Below the pieces are notes generated by a model. The model saw nothing but the letters and a program-made list of their open reading frames with translations, was not told the DNA's origin and did not search any database. From assembly GCA_965216565.1 (NCBI GenBank), contig OZ244170.1, positions 1,344,001 to 1,408,000 on the forward strand: DNA of 64,000 nucleotides, read 5' to 3'. Below, piece after piece: positions 39,919-50,633 of this stretch. Position 1 is the first letter of the stretch. Every line of letters starts with the position of its first letter. The position numbers and the translations under genes are program-made. Origin of the DNA: Bythopirellula sp. Lineage in GTDB: Bacteria; Planctomycetota; Planctomycetia; Pirellulales; Lacipirellulaceae.

Positions 39919-41346
39919 CTACCTTGGCTTGGGCACTGCATTGATGTGGCCAGGAGGTGCAATACCGGGTGCCGCCATCAAGCCATCGTGGAGTAAATAT
40001 CCGTAGATCAGAACTTCATGCTCGCGTGCTGCCAAAAGATTATCGACCTGCATCAATTGAGCGTCAAAATAATCGTGTTGCACCATGAGTACGTCTGGCC
40101 AATCAACCCGATTTTCCTGATAACTCTCCAAAATCTCGGCGTATGCGGCCTTCGATTCTGGCAATATCACTCGCTCAAACTCGCCAACATGCTGCAGGGC
40201 CGTGACATAACGTTGGTAAGACGAGGCTAGCCGATCGCGGAGTTGGAGTTCCATACGATTGATCTCTTCCCGCTGACGTGCGTAATCAGCTTGGGCCTGG
40301 CGAATGGTACCCTGATTCCTGTCGTAAAGGGGTACTTCGAGAGCAACGCCAGCCACTGCCGTAGTTTCTCTAGCATCGAAGTTGTAACCAGCACCACCCC
40401 GCACCACCACGTCGGGCACCCATTCGACGCTTTCACGACGAATGGTAGTCTGGTCAACAGAGAGTTTGGCCCGGGCTGCTGCCAACTCAGGACTTTCAGC
40501 GAGTAACCGACTATAAGCATAATCGAAGCTGATGACGTCACATTGTGGCATGAGGTCGCCAGCGACCAGCCCCTCATGCAGCGGCACACCCACAAGTGCC
40601 ACTAAGCTACGAAACTGCTCTTGGTAAGCGTTCTTTGCCTTGAGAATTGCAAGTCGTGCTTTCTGCAATGCTATGTTCGCTCGCCTGACTTCAGTTCGAC
40701 GGGCTTGGCCCAGGTTGTATAGTTCCTGTGCGGTGACAGCCGCGTCCTCGGCTGTCTTTAGTAACTCTCCCTTTATGGACAAGATCTCACTGGCAGCAAG
40801 TGACCGATAGAAGTGAATGCGTACGTCATTGCAAACACGAAACCTTTGTGCCATGACCAAATGCTCAGCGACCTGGGCCCGGCGCATGAATTTTTCGCGG
40901 CTGAGTCGAAGTTTGCCCGCTGTGACAAACCGTTGTTGGAGCACACCTCCTTGAAATTCGCCTGGAGAATCAACGTCCCCTGGGACATCGATAAAGATTT
41001 GCTCTGCCTCGTAAGAAAGTATTGGGTTGGGATAGAGACCAGCCTGCAACGCCTTGCCCATTTCAGCGGAGACGCGCAATCTCGACTGCTGGAGCGTGGG
41101 ATTGTTGTCAGCCGCTAAAGCTAGCATCTCTTCGAGTCCGTAGACTTTTGAGGTGTCCGCTAACTCATGCTGCGTGGGTAGTAGTTCAGTGACAAGCCCG
41201 GGAATAGGCGGAGGGTCGGTATAAGCTTCTCCCACTTTGCTAGGAATAGGGGCAGCCTGTGGAGTAACTAAATCCTGTGCTAAACACAGGGAAGTGGCGC
41301 ACACAAAAACCACTACCCAAGCCATCAAACGCAGAAATAATTGCAT
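39919..41346 (-). CDS. TolC-family outer membrane protein co-transcribed with the multicopper oxidase
   Basis: NNPTL, QAGLYPNP, VPLYDRNQG OEP motifs. Confidence 0.88.
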   Translation of the reverse strand: MQLFLRLMAWVVVFVCATSLCLAQDLVTPQAAPIPSKVGEAYTDPPPIPGLVTELLPTQHELADTSKVYGLEEMLALAADNNPTLQQSRLRVSAEMGKALQAGLYPNPILSYEAEQIFIDVPGDVDSPGEFQGGVLQQRFVTAGKLRLSREKFMRRAQVAEHLVMAQRFRVCNDVRIHFYRSLAASEILSIKGELLKTAEDAAVTAQELYNLGQARRTEVRRANIALQKARLAILKAKNAYQEQFRSLVALVGVPLHEGLVAGDLMPQCDVISFDYAYSRLLAESPELAAARAKLSVDQTTIRRESVEWVPDVVVRGGAGYNFDARETTAVAGVALEVPLYDRNQGTIRQAQADYARQREEINRMELQLRDRLASSYQRYVTALQHVGEFERVILPESKAAYAEILESYQENRVDWPDVLMVQHDYFDAQLMQVDNLLAAREHEVLIYGYLLHDGLMAAPGIAPPGHINAVPKPR

Positions 41347-41405
41347 CGGAAATCACCCAAAAAAGCTATCGAATCCAAGCTGCTTCTTAAACAGGTATCG
41401 GCCAG

Positions 41406-41422
41406 GTACCCCTGGGGGGTAC
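41406..41422. promoter_or_regulatory. Putative CsoR operator upstream of tolC-mco
   Basis: GTACCCCTGGGGGGTAC, 60 bp upstream of the start codon. Confidence 0.75.
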
Positions 41423-41566
41423 ATTTGATTAATCTAACTGCAGATCTTCTTTTTGCTAGCAAACAGAAACTCTGCATAGCCTTAACAACAATAATCAAGA
41501 CATCGGTGCGGCTTCGATCTTGCCCCTTTCAGGCTGGGACCACGCTCATCGAGGCATGTACGTTTT

Positions 41567-42883
41567 CTATTGGTCGCTGGCTGAACCCTTTCGAACGAGA
41601 AACCAGCGCTCAGCGGCAAAGATTAAGATCATGGAAGGCAATGCAACCCAAAGCACGGCGACATCGCTGGTGGCCTTCATCCACAGGAAGGAACCGAGAA
41701 TCGCCAAATCGAGCAAGATAGCCGCAATAGGGATCCAGACTTTCGCGTTCACTTCCTCACGTACATAGCGAATTACTCCCCAGTGCACAGCGATATCCAT
41801 CACGATGTAGAATATGGCCCCAAGAGAGGCGATCCGTGAAAGGTCGAAAAGCATTGTCAGCGTAATCGCAAACACTACAGTGTAAACAAGCGTGTGTTTC
41901 TGCATGTCGCCCGGCATCCCAAAGTGCCTGTGCGGGACTAATTCCATTTCACTCAACATCGCCAACATTCGAGAAACAGCGAATGTGCTTGCGATGAGTC
42001 CTGAGATCGTAGCGATAATTGCGAGCCCCACCGTGATATAGGTTCCCCAATCTCCGAAAGCAGGGCGGGCCGCTTCTGCAAGTGCATAGTCTCGATGTTC
42101 GATAATCTCTGAGACAGAAAGATTTGCTGCGACTGAGAATCCCACGAATAAATAGACGACTAAGCAAATTGAAAGAGAGATAAGGATCGACCGTCCGATA
42201 TTTTTTCTCGGTTCTTTAATCTCCGATCCACTATTAGTGATTGTTGTAAAACCTTTGTAGGCTAAAAGAGCAAGTGCTGTCGCGGAAAGAAAGCTCTCCG
42301 CTGAGGTCCGCTCGGTCACGCCTACGCTTTCGAAACTAAGCCCAGACACCCAGAGGCCAGCCGAGGCAAAAATAACGATTCCGAGAATCTTTATAACTGC
42401 CGTCACGGTCGAAAGTGTATCGATGAATCGGTTGCCTAGTATGTTGACTATGAACGCAACCACCAGCAAACCAACGCCCAAGATAGGAACAAGCGTTTGT
42501 TTGTCCTTAACGTCAAACAATTGGAGTGTGTAGGTTCCAACGGTTCTAGCCACCAGACTTTCGTTAATCACCATCGAAAAATACATTAGCAGCGCCATTC
42601 CAGCAGTGATGGTTCCCTTCCCATACGCCTTCATCAAAAACGTGGCGATACCGCCTGCTGACGGATAGTGTTCTGCCATTTTCACATAGCTGTATGCGCT
42701 GAAGCCTGCCACGATAGCGGCGGCGAAGAACGCCAGGGGGAAAAGTCCTCCGGCTTGTTCGGCAACCTGGCCGGTTAAGGCAAATATTCCCGCACCGATC
42801 ATGACCCCGGTACCCATCGCAATGGAACCTACCAACGTGAGGCTGCCTTCTTCATACTTTTGTTGAGAATCTGACTTGTTCAT
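41567..42883 (-). CDS. APC family amino acid permease
   Basis: GTGVMIGAGIF, YPSAGG, AYKGF, FAVSRML; about 12 TM segments. Confidence 0.88.
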   Translation of the reverse strand: MNKSDSQQKYEEGSLTLVGSIAMGTGVMIGAGIFALTGQVAEQAGGLFPLAFFAAAIVAGFSAYSYVKMAEHYPSAGGIATFLMKAYGKGTITAGMALLMYFSMVINESLVARTVGTYTLQLFDVKDKQTLVPILGVGLLVVAFIVNILGNRFIDTLSTVTAVIKILGIVIFASAGLWVSGLSFESVGVTERTSAESFLSATALALLAYKGFTTITNSGSEIKEPRKNIGRSILISLSICLVVYLFVGFSVAANLSVSEIIEHRDYALAEAARPAFGDWGTYITVGLAIIATISGLIASTFAVSRMLAMLSEMELVPHRHFGMPGDMQKHTLVYTVVFAITLTMLFDLSRIASLGAIFYIVMDIAVHWGVIRYVREEVNAKVWIPIAAILLDLAILGSFLWMKATSDVAVLWVALPSMILIFAAERWFLVRKGSASDQ

Positions 42884-43120
42884 AGCGAGAGAGCTTTCAT
42901 CCGTTGGTTGAGTTAATGATGTAATCGTGCGATACGAATTGAGGTGCTACGGTGACGCGAGTCTCAGGAAGTGCACAAGCTACTTGTTCTCGGCAACACC
43001 TGAACTTGACCAGTGCCGACAAATCGCTACCTGTCTGCGGGGAGAGTGTCTTCTTCCCTGAGAGCTGTGTAGTTCTCATAGTGGTGGCCTCAGAAACCAG
43101 CCGAATACCGTCATAGACAA

Positions 43121-43137
43121 ATACCCATGTGGGGTAT
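43121..43137. promoter_or_regulatory. Putative CsoR operator upstream of the APC permease
   Basis: ATACCCATGTGGGGTAT, directly next to a minus-strand TAGAAT (-10-like) at 43138-43143. Confidence 0.7.
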
Positions 43138-43371
43138 ATTCTAACGTGAGTGGAAGGGGCCACCAGTCGTCAAGCCCGACCTGTTCGGAGGCCAGGAACA
43201 ATTCGTCCATGGCGTCCGACATGCCATAGGAAATATGTGTTGGAGTTGGTGGATCGGGCTTCTCTGGCCCGACGACCTCGAGGTTATGAGGAACCCCGCG
43301 AAAAATCGTTGAAACTACTGCATTTACTGCGTTAAACTCATCCTAGTACCCTCTTTGCGAGCTTGCAACCA

Positions 43372-43407
43372 TTAGCAAGTTTTAGCATCGCTTAGCATCG
43401 ATTAGCA
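43372..43407. repeat. Four TTAGCA direct repeats with exact 10-bp period (putative att arm sites)
   Basis: TTAGCA at 43372, 43382, 43392 and 43402. Confidence 0.75.
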
Positions 43408-43536
43408 GATTTCAGACTGCCAAACAGGGTACCAAATCACCTGCACCAATCAGTCGACCAGAACAGTCGCGAAAGCAGGTGTTCAGAAAGAATGTCACCT
43501 TGAGTTTCCCGGTACTTTTGCACACGAGACCCTGGT

Positions 43537-44604
43537 ATGAGCGGATGGTTTTCCCCACTCTTATTCATCTTAGCTAGCTCTAAAGAAACCGATTTGCGAC
43601 GCCATATCGAGTTTCTACAAGCTGAGAACGAAATGCTACGCAAACGAGTGCCCAAACAGAAAATCTTTCTCGACGATGACGAACGAGAACGACTGGTGAA
43701 ATTGGGTGTAGCCATTGGTCCGGGCATTCTCAAGCTAATAAGTATCGTGCATCCACGAACATACCAACGGTGGATAGCCAAGAAAAGCCAAGGCAAGAAG
43801 CTCACAAAGAAAATGGGCCGTACCAAGACTATCGAATCCGTACGTGACCTAGTCATCAGAATTGCCAAGGAGACGGGTTGGGGATATGGCCGAATTGTCG
43901 GTGAATTGCACAAATTGCGAATTCGTTCGGTAGGCCGAACAACCGTGCGAACAATCCTCAAGGAAGAAGGCGTCAAACCGAGCCCGAAGCGTGGAAAAGG
44001 TACTTGGGACGAGTTTGTCAAAATTCACGCCGATACGCTTTGGCAGGTCGACTTCTTTTGCAAGAAAGTCGTAACCAGGCGAGGAATAAGACAAGCGTTC
44101 GCTTTAGCCTTTTTGCACGTGGACTCGCGGAGAGTAATTTGTTCTCCAGCGACCTATAAGCCAAATACTCCATGGATGGTCAAACAAGCCAAAGCGATGC
44201 TGAAGCAGGCCGATGAGGCAGACTTACGAATTCGCTACTTGGTGCGAGACCGCGATAATTGCTACACCAGCAAGTTTGATGAGGTCTTCGAAAAAGCAGA
44301 CGTTCTGATAGAACCTACCGCACCTAGGGCTCCCAACCAAAATGCATTCATAGAGCGTTGGATAGGTTCACTCAAATATGAGTGTTTGAATCGATTCATA
44401 GCATTTGGGTTGGAGCACCTCAATTACATCGTTTCGGAGTACGCATCGTTTTACAACGAAGTGCGACCTCATCAAAGAAAAGAGAATCGTCCGCTTACGG
44501 GAGAATGGCCGGTGCTCGACATTCCTCCTGAAAGTGAAGAAGATGTCGTTTGCAAAGAACGACTCGGGGGCGTCCTTCGTCACTATGAACGAATTGCGGC
44601 GTAA
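43537..44604 (+). mobile_element. Integrase-core (rve, DDE) transposase
   Basis: WGYGRIVGEL, WQVDFF, VRDRD, PRAPNQNAFIERW, YNEVRPHQ, RLGGVLRHY. Confidence 0.85.
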
Positions 44605-45174
44605 GACGGGTTTGAGCCGTATTCGGACAAAAAGTGCGTTCAGCCGATGAAGCTGACGCGTTGAAGCAAATCGCCAAAACCGCATCGGCCTAGTGCGGCT
44701 GAGCATTTTAGTGCCCATCGGTTCTACGGTACGTTGATGCAACCACTTTGAGTTTAGTGAACAGCGAAATGCAATCCACGGCGGCTAACGCACGCAGGAG
44801 CTGAACGCCTGAGATTCATTCAGTCCTCTATTTCCCTGCAACCGGCGAATAAATCGGTTTTTCGGCGGATAGTCCAACGCCGTGCAATTTGTTAATTATC
44901 GTTGGTGACGGAGGTATTTCCCGACTCCGGCAATAATTAATGACGCCAAAACGCAAGTATTCCCCAGGCATTGACTGCCAGCGTTCACCTCTAACGGGGT
45001 ATACCCGATTGGGGCTTCATCGCCCCGAACTCTGTTGCTAGTATAATAGCATTGTTACGCAGACAGGGTGCCATGGCGAATATTTGCTGGTCATCCTATT
45101 TTTGTGGTTTCGAAGACTAATCTTTGCCGATTACAAGAGTGAGTACTTTTAGTTTTACTTCAGACTGAATTGTC

Positions 45175-45654
45175 ATGTTCTATCGCCACCACAATCTGAG
45201 ACGAGCCCTCGGGCTCTTGGGTGTGGTACTTGCGTTGGCTTCGACTGCTCAGCAAACACAGGTGTTTTGCGTGATAGCTGGATGCAGTCCAGCTACTGCT
45301 AGCGAGGGAGAAGTGCATCATGGCACATGTCCTCACAGCTGCCATCAGAACGAAACGGCGAACACTTCGCTGCCGCATGAGGGCTGCCACGATGAGCCAC
45401 AAAACTCATGCCCAGCACCGTGTCCCTGTCCTGACACTTGCTGGTGTCATCAATCACCAGAGCCCTTCGAATTACCCAAGGCACCATCGCAGCCAAGTGA
45501 GCTGCTGCTAACTGGCCTTGTTTATCACGACGCGACGATTGCCAGCGTATCTCACGCCGAACAGTCGCTTCGAACGATGTGGTTAACGGCGTTAGACTCG
45601 TCTACGACAACTTCCGCACAACTCTGCTCAGAGTTGTGCCGTTTTCTGATTTGA
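45175..45654 (+). CDS. Cys/His-rich exported leader-like protein ending LCRFLI
   Basis: Signal-like N-terminus, CPHSCH and CPAPCPCPDTCWCH; first ORF of the HMA/ABC operon. Confidence 0.65.
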   Translation: MFYRHHNLRRALGLLGVVLALASTAQQTQVFCVIAGCSPATASEGEVHHGTCPHSCHQNETANTSLPHEGCHDEPQNSCPAPCPCPDTCWCHQSPEPFELPKAPSQPSELLLTGLVYHDATIASVSHAEQSLRTMWLTALDSSTTTSAQLCSELCRFLI

Positions 45655-45835
45655 TTTTCTTCGCACAAGCTCTCAGCTTGTGTTCGTCGTTCCCTTTCGT
45701 TTTGGCCTAGTGCCAAATCCTCTGATGGGAACGGGCATTCATTCGTTGAACTGCATCCCTGCAGGTTGTTGCTGCGTGATAAGCGTAGCCAGACCGATAG
45801 CAGGGCCGAATCGCCAATTGATAATGGAGAAACTC

Positions 45836-46531
45836 ATGCACAAGAGGTGCTATAGCTACGCCACGTTATTTGTCAGCTTCGCAACCATCAGTGCAACAAC
45901 TACCGTGCAAGCTGGACCAAAACAGGCTCCTACTGAGCAGGTTCAAATTGTTGCCGAGAAAATGTGTTGCGAAGGCTGTGCCCGAAAGACTTCGGGTCAA
46001 CTGTACGCTGCTCGCGGTGTCAGAGACGTTAGTGTCGACTTGAAGTCGCATACGCTCACGGTTGCATTACCGAAACCGAATGCTGCCATGCTGGGGCAGC
46101 TTTGGCACGCAGTTGAACAGGGCGACGGCGGGCCAACAAAACTGGTCACCACCGCAGCCACCTATACTTTGGTTCGCCCAAAGGTTGAAGCAAACCAATC
46201 GCAACGGCAACGGGCAAAACTACCGGTGTCGATTGCCGTAGAGAATCTGCACTGCCAAGGTTGTGCGAAGAAAATCGCTGCCCAACTTTATGCAGTAAAA
46301 GGTGTCACCAAGGTGAGTGTTGATATGGAGCGAGAGACACTGTTTGTGGAAGCACGACCTGAGACTCAACTCTCACCGTGGCGACTCATTGACGCCGTTA
46401 CTCAAGCAAAAGAGCGACCGATTGCCGTTAACGGGCCTTATGGCACATTAGCAATTAAGTGGGCCACCGAGCGTGCCCCTAAGAATCATGAACAAGCACA
46501 GCAATCAATTTCAGGAGGACTCCAAAGATGA
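45836..46531 (+). CDS. Exported protein with two heavy-metal-associated (HMA) domains
   Basis: MCCEGCA and LHCQGCA motifs; GGAG RBS before ATG at 45836. Confidence 0.85.
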   Translation: MHKRCYSYATLFVSFATISATTTVQAGPKQAPTEQVQIVAEKMCCEGCARKTSGQLYAARGVRDVSVDLKSHTLTVALPKPNAAMLGQLWHAVEQGDGGPTKLVTTAATYTLVRPKVEANQSQRQRAKLPVSIAVENLHCQGCAKKIAAQLYAVKGVTKVSVDMERETLFVEARPETQLSPWRLIDAVTQAKERPIAVNGPYGTLAIKWATERAPKNHEQAQQSISGGLQR

Positions 46532-47061
46532 ATACTAACAGCCTAGGCATACTCCTAATACTTTCTGGACTCGTCATCAGCACTGGTTGTGGAACCAGTT
46601 CTGATTCACTTTCTGAGCAATCTGTCACACCAGTCAGTGTTGATGCCAGCCTCTACAAACTTTCAGAAGAACCAGAGGGAGCTATGGGAGTCATCGCAGC
46701 CCACGAATCGGCCGAGGACGGGGCACCCTTGGTGCTTGTCGGTCGAATCGGTGGCTGTGCAAAACCGTGGGTAGAGGGTCGTGCAGCATTTACACTGCTC
46801 GATGCTTCAATGAGCGTTGTTGCAGAAGGTGAAGGTTCTGCCGACGGTGAAATATGCACGGGCGACTGTTGTGCGACTGAACGTCTAGGATGCACAACGC
46901 TCGTTAAGGTGGTGGATGAGGATGGGCAACTCGTTGCGGTAGACTCACGAGACCTGTTTGGCCTCAAAGAATCTGACATGGTTGTCGTACAAGGTAACGC
47001 AAAGAAGGATGAAAGTGGCAACTTCGTGATGCTCGCCAAGGGCATCTTCATCCGCAACTAA
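46528..47061 (+). CDS. Putative lipoprotein (OB-fold-like, with a Cys cluster)
   Basis: STGC lipobox-like motif; VGRIGG, CTGDCC; ATGA overlap with the upstream gene. Confidence 0.7.
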   Translation: MNTNSLGILLILSGLVISTGCGTSSDSLSEQSVTPVSVDASLYKLSEEPEGAMGVIAAHESAEDGAPLVLVGRIGGCAKPWVEGRAAFTLLDASMSVVAEGEGSADGEICTGDCCATERLGCTTLVKVVDEDGQLVAVDSRDLFGLKESDMVVVQGNAKKDESGNFVMLAKGIFIRN

Positions 47062-47097
47062 CGACGGCAGGCAACTGCCTGCCATTGGAGATACGAC

Positions 47098-48267
47098 ATG
47101 TTTGGTCAACGACTACTACCGTGGGACTACGGTGTTCGAAATCTCTTTCGAAGACCGTCACGCAGTATGCTCACCTTAGGTGGGCTTACCATTGTGGTGC
47201 TATTGGTGTTAGTCGTTGTGGGCTTTATCCGTGGACTAGAGAAGTCACTGGCGGCAACAGGAAATCCAAACGTGGTCTTAGTCTATTCGCTCTCGTCTGC
47301 GGCTGACATTGAGAATTCGTCCATTCCAGGACGTACACCAGCGTTGCTCGCTGCGAGTGTGGACGGAGTCCACCAACAGCATGGAGTCGAGTATGTCTCT
47401 CCTGAGTTGTATCTTGCAACTCGGATTACAACTGCCAACTTACAAGAACCAGGCATGGGCCTAGTGCGTGGTGTTACTACTACGGCCCCACTTGTGCGAG
47501 GCCAAGTGCAAATCGCCGAGGGGGCTTGGCCGCAAGGCAATGAAGTGATAGTTGGACGCTTAGCTCACTCCAAGCTTGGGGCAAGCGAAGAGGACCTCGC
47601 TATCGGACAGCAGGTAGTGTTTGATGGACAGACTTGGACCATTAGCGGCTACTTTACGGCGGCTGGTTCGGCCTTTGAATCCGAGATATGGGCACCTCTA
47701 ACGGATTTGCAGACCACGCTCAAGCGACAAGATTTGAGTTTGGTAGCAGTCAGTATGGACTCACCCGACCGAGTCGCAGACGTGGACTTGTTTTGCCGTG
47801 AACGTGTGGACTTAGAACTCAAAGCGGTGTCCGAAAGCTCCTACTACGCTTCCCTCCAAAAATACTATAAGCCGGTTCGCATGTTGGGCTGGGTCGTGGT
47901 GGCATTGGTTGCTGGTTCCGGAATCTTCGCGGGATTAAACACGATGTATGGAGCGGTTGTCGGTCGCGTGAGAGAGTTGGCGACGCTACAAGCCCTTGGG
48001 TTTCGCCGACGTGCCATTCTCTTAACGCTAGTCCAGGAAGCAACGCTCCTGGCGTGTGCAGGAGCGTTAACCGCTAGTGTCTTAGGTCTCTTGCTGGTGG
48101 ATGGCTTGGCAGTGCGATTTACGATGGGGGCATTCATGCTTCGAGTCGACAGCGTAGGGATTGCAGTAGCTTGTGGGGTAGCTGCATTGTTGGGCGTCGT
48201 CGGGGCACTACCTCCAGCTCTTAAGGCGATGCGACTTCCGGTTGTAGAAGCCATCAAAGCGATTTAG
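47098..48267 (+). CDS. MacB/FtsX-type ABC transporter permease
   Basis: [32 protein letters not shown]. Confidence 0.9.
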   Translation: MFGQRLLPWDYGVRNLFRRPSRSMLTLGGLTIVVLLVLVVVGFIRGLEKSLAATGNPNVVLVYSLSSAADIENSSIPGRTPALLAASVDGVHQQHGVEYVSPELYLATRITTANLQEPGMGLVRGVTTTAPLVRGQVQIAEGAWPQGNEVIVGRLAHSKLGASEEDLAIGQQVVFDGQTWTISGYFTAAGSAFESEIWAPLTDLQTTLKRQDLSLVAVSMDSPDRVADVDLFCRERVDLELKAVSESSYYASLQKYYKPVRMLGWVVVALVAGSGIFAGLNTMYGAVVGRVRELATLQALGFRRRAILLTLVQEATLLACAGALTASVLGLLLVDGLAVRFTMGAFMLRVDSVGIAVACGVAALLGVVGALPPALKAMRLPVVEAIKAI

Positions 48268-48283
48268 ATAGAGATTTTATTTC

Positions 48284-49903
48284 ATGTCAGAAACTTCCTC
48301 TCAACTTGACCTGAGTCAGTTGGCTGTTGACCGCAGCGAACCTGAGCAGACGACCATGAAGAAGAAACGGTCGTGGCTTACCAAGTACGTGCTACCAATA
48401 GGTATTCTCACAGGCTTTTTGAGCCTCTTTGGCTGGGCCGCCCGAGATAGTTTTCTTCCTGCTCAAGCGATAACGATTACTCCTGTCGTGGTAAGTCGAG
48501 CTGAAATCAAGCAAGAAGGCACTCCCTTATTTCAGGCAGCAGGCTGGGTTGAACCGAGACCAACGCCCGTGGTGGCTTCATCGCTCGCACCAGGCGTTAT
48601 CAAGGAGTTGCTTGTAGTCGAGGGCCAGCATGTTGAAAAAGGGGAGCCGTTAGCCAAACTCATTGAAATCGACTCCAAGTTAGCATTAGCTGAGGCGAAA
48701 GCTAAGCGCCAGCTACAAGCTGCAGAAGTCCACCGAGCCGAGGCTACGTTGGCGGCTGCGAAGGCGAACTTTGCAAAGCCCCTGAGTTTGCAGGCTGCTC
48801 TTGCCGATGCCGAGACACTGCTTTCAAGAAACGAACTTGAGTTACGAAGCCTACCCTTTGCTATAGAGGCTGCGAAGACACAGCAGGAGCTGGCTGCTGA
48901 TAGTGTTCGCCGAAAAGAGCTTGCTGGTGATGCTATTACAGGCAGGGTTCTTCGCGAAGCCCGTGCTGAGCTAGCTACAGCAATAAACAAAGTCAAGGAA
49001 CTGGAGGCCCGCGAGCCGACACTCAACGCTCAGCAAAAATCTCTGGGAGAAAAACGAGCTGCTTTGGCTGAGAAGCTCAAGCTGTTGACGGACGAAACGC
49101 GAGCTTTGGCTGAGGCGGAAGCCAACTTGATGGTTGCCAAAGCGAGAGCAGAGCAAACACAACTTGCAGTAGAAGGCTCAGAGCTTCGTTTGGAGCGGAT
49201 GATAGTCCGTTCCCCCATTAAAGGCCGTGTATTAAGTGTTGAGTCTCGTCCAGGGCAACGACTCTCGGGAATCAATCCTCACTCAGCCCAAGGCTCCAGT
49301 GCCGTAGTCAGTCTCTACGACCCTGCCAGCTTGCAAGTACGTGTCGACGTGCGATTGGAAGATGTGCCCCAGGTGCAATTGGGGCAACAAGCTTCCATTG
49401 AATCCGCTGCATTAGCGGAGGCACTTGCGGGGGAAGTCGTATCGGTTACCACCCTAGCGGATATTCAAAAGAACACTCTTCAAATAAAGGTGGCCATCAC
49501 GAATCCCCCGAACGTCATCAAGCCAGAAATGCTGTGCAAGGTCACGTTCCTAGCCCCGCCTTCACCAGTAGCAAAGGATAGGGAAGGTGAGTCTCCTCTG
49601 CGTTTGTTCATGCCGCAATCGCTGGTTTCAACAGGTGAGGGAGGAGCCAGTGTATGGGTAGCAGACCTCACGCAGGGCATTGCTCTTAGAAAGTCTGTGG
49701 AAATTGGTAGTGGTGCTACGGAACAAGGTCTTGTTGAAGTCATCAGTGGCCTACTACCTACTGACAAACTGATAGTCAGTGGCCGAGAAGCACTTACTGA
49801 CGGAACTCGCGTTCGCGTCACTGGCGAAGACCGCTCGATGTCCAGCGGCAAAATTGCCCCTAGAAGCAGCCGGACCGCATTGGCCGCCGACTCGAATATG
49901 TAA
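48284..49903 (+). CDS. HlyD/MacA-type periplasmic adaptor
   Basis: N-terminal TM, lipoyl-like halves (G.I..L.V.EG; RSPIKG), long coiled coil, ADIQKNTL. Confidence 0.88.
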   Translation: MSETSSQLDLSQLAVDRSEPEQTTMKKKRSWLTKYVLPIGILTGFLSLFGWAARDSFLPAQAITITPVVVSRAEIKQEGTPLFQAAGWVEPRPTPVVASSLAPGVIKELLVVEGQHVEKGEPLAKLIEIDSKLALAEAKAKRQLQAAEVHRAEATLAAAKANFAKPLSLQAALADAETLLSRNELELRSLPFAIEAAKTQQELAADSVRRKELAGDAITGRVLREARAELATAINKVKELEAREPTLNAQQKSLGEKRAALAEKLKLLTDETRALAEAEANLMVAKARAEQTQLAVEGSELRLERMIVRSPIKGRVLSVESRPGQRLSGINPHSAQGSSAVVSLYDPASLQVRVDVRLEDVPQVQLGQQASIESAALAEALAGEVVSVTTLADIQKNTLQIKVAITNPPNVIKPEMLCKVTFLAPPSPVAKDREGESPLRLFMPQSLVSTGEGGASVWVADLTQGIALRKSVEIGSGATEQGLVEVISGLLPTDKLIVSGREALTDGTRVRVTGEDRSMSSGKIAPRSSRTALAADSNM

Positions 49904-49921
49904 CTGGAAAGGTTGTGTAAT

Positions 49922-50632
49922 ATGCCACTTGTTGAAGTACAGAATGTCATCAAAGAGTACGCCAACGGTGAAGAGACGATTCGACCTCTTGATGGAGTGA
50001 GTCTCTCGATTGAAGAAGGCGATTACGTTTCGCTTATGGGTGCTAGTGGCTCAGGCAAGAGTACACTGTTGAACCTAATTGCTGGCATTGACCACGTGGA
50101 CTCGGGTGAGATTCTTGTTTCAGGAACCGACATTACCAAGCTCTCACGCGGAAAACTCGCCGACTGGCGAGCAGCTCATATTGGTTACATCTTTCAAACC
50201 CACAATCTTATTCCCGTGCTGACCGCCTACGAGAATGTAGAGCTTCCGCTTCTGCTGCTTCCGATGTCGACTGCGGAGCGTCGCAAGCGTGTCGAGATAG
50301 CTCTGGAAGCCGTTGATTTGACTTCACGGGCTAGCCACTATCCACGCCAAATGTCTGGTGGTCAGGAGCAACGTGTTGGTATTGCACGAGCAATCGTCAC
50401 CAATCCCACTGTGGTTGTTGCCGACGAACCTACAGGCAGTCTAGATGACGAAACGACTGAACAGATTCTGCAACTTCTAAGCCGTGTGAACGCGGAACTT
50501 GGAATGACTTTGCTAATGGTGACGCATGACGCCGACGCTGGAGCAAGAGCTAAGCGGCAGATTCGCCTGGAACGTGGACGACTGATGGAGAATGGTCAAG
50601 AAACTCAACTCACAGAGCTAAGGACCGCTTAG
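49922..50632 (+). CDS. ABC transporter ATP-binding protein (LolD/MacB-like)
   Basis: [27 protein letters not shown]. Confidence 0.95.
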   Translation: MPLVEVQNVIKEYANGEETIRPLDGVSLSIEEGDYVSLMGASGSGKSTLLNLIAGIDHVDSGEILVSGTDITKLSRGKLADWRAAHIGYIFQTHNLIPVLTAYENVELPLLLLPMSTAERRKRVEIALEAVDLTSRASHYPRQMSGGQEQRVGIARAIVTNPTVVVADEPTGSLDDETTEQILQLLSRVNAELGMTLLMVTHDADAGARAKRQIRLERGRLMENGQETQLTELRTA

Positions 50633-50633
50633 G

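Larger units (their letters stand above)
27758..43290. mobile_element. Putative integrated copper-resistance island bounded by a 22-bp tRNA-derived direct repeat
   Basis: CCGACAACCTCGAGGTTATGAG (27758-27779) versus CCGACGACCTCGAGGTTATGAG (43269-43290), 21/22 identical. Confidence 0.6.

Noticed and set aside
42897..43163. Small ORF between the CsoR box and the APC permease
   Set aside because: The annotated start overlaps the operator. A shorter version from ATG 43079 with CC/C residues is possible but unsupported.
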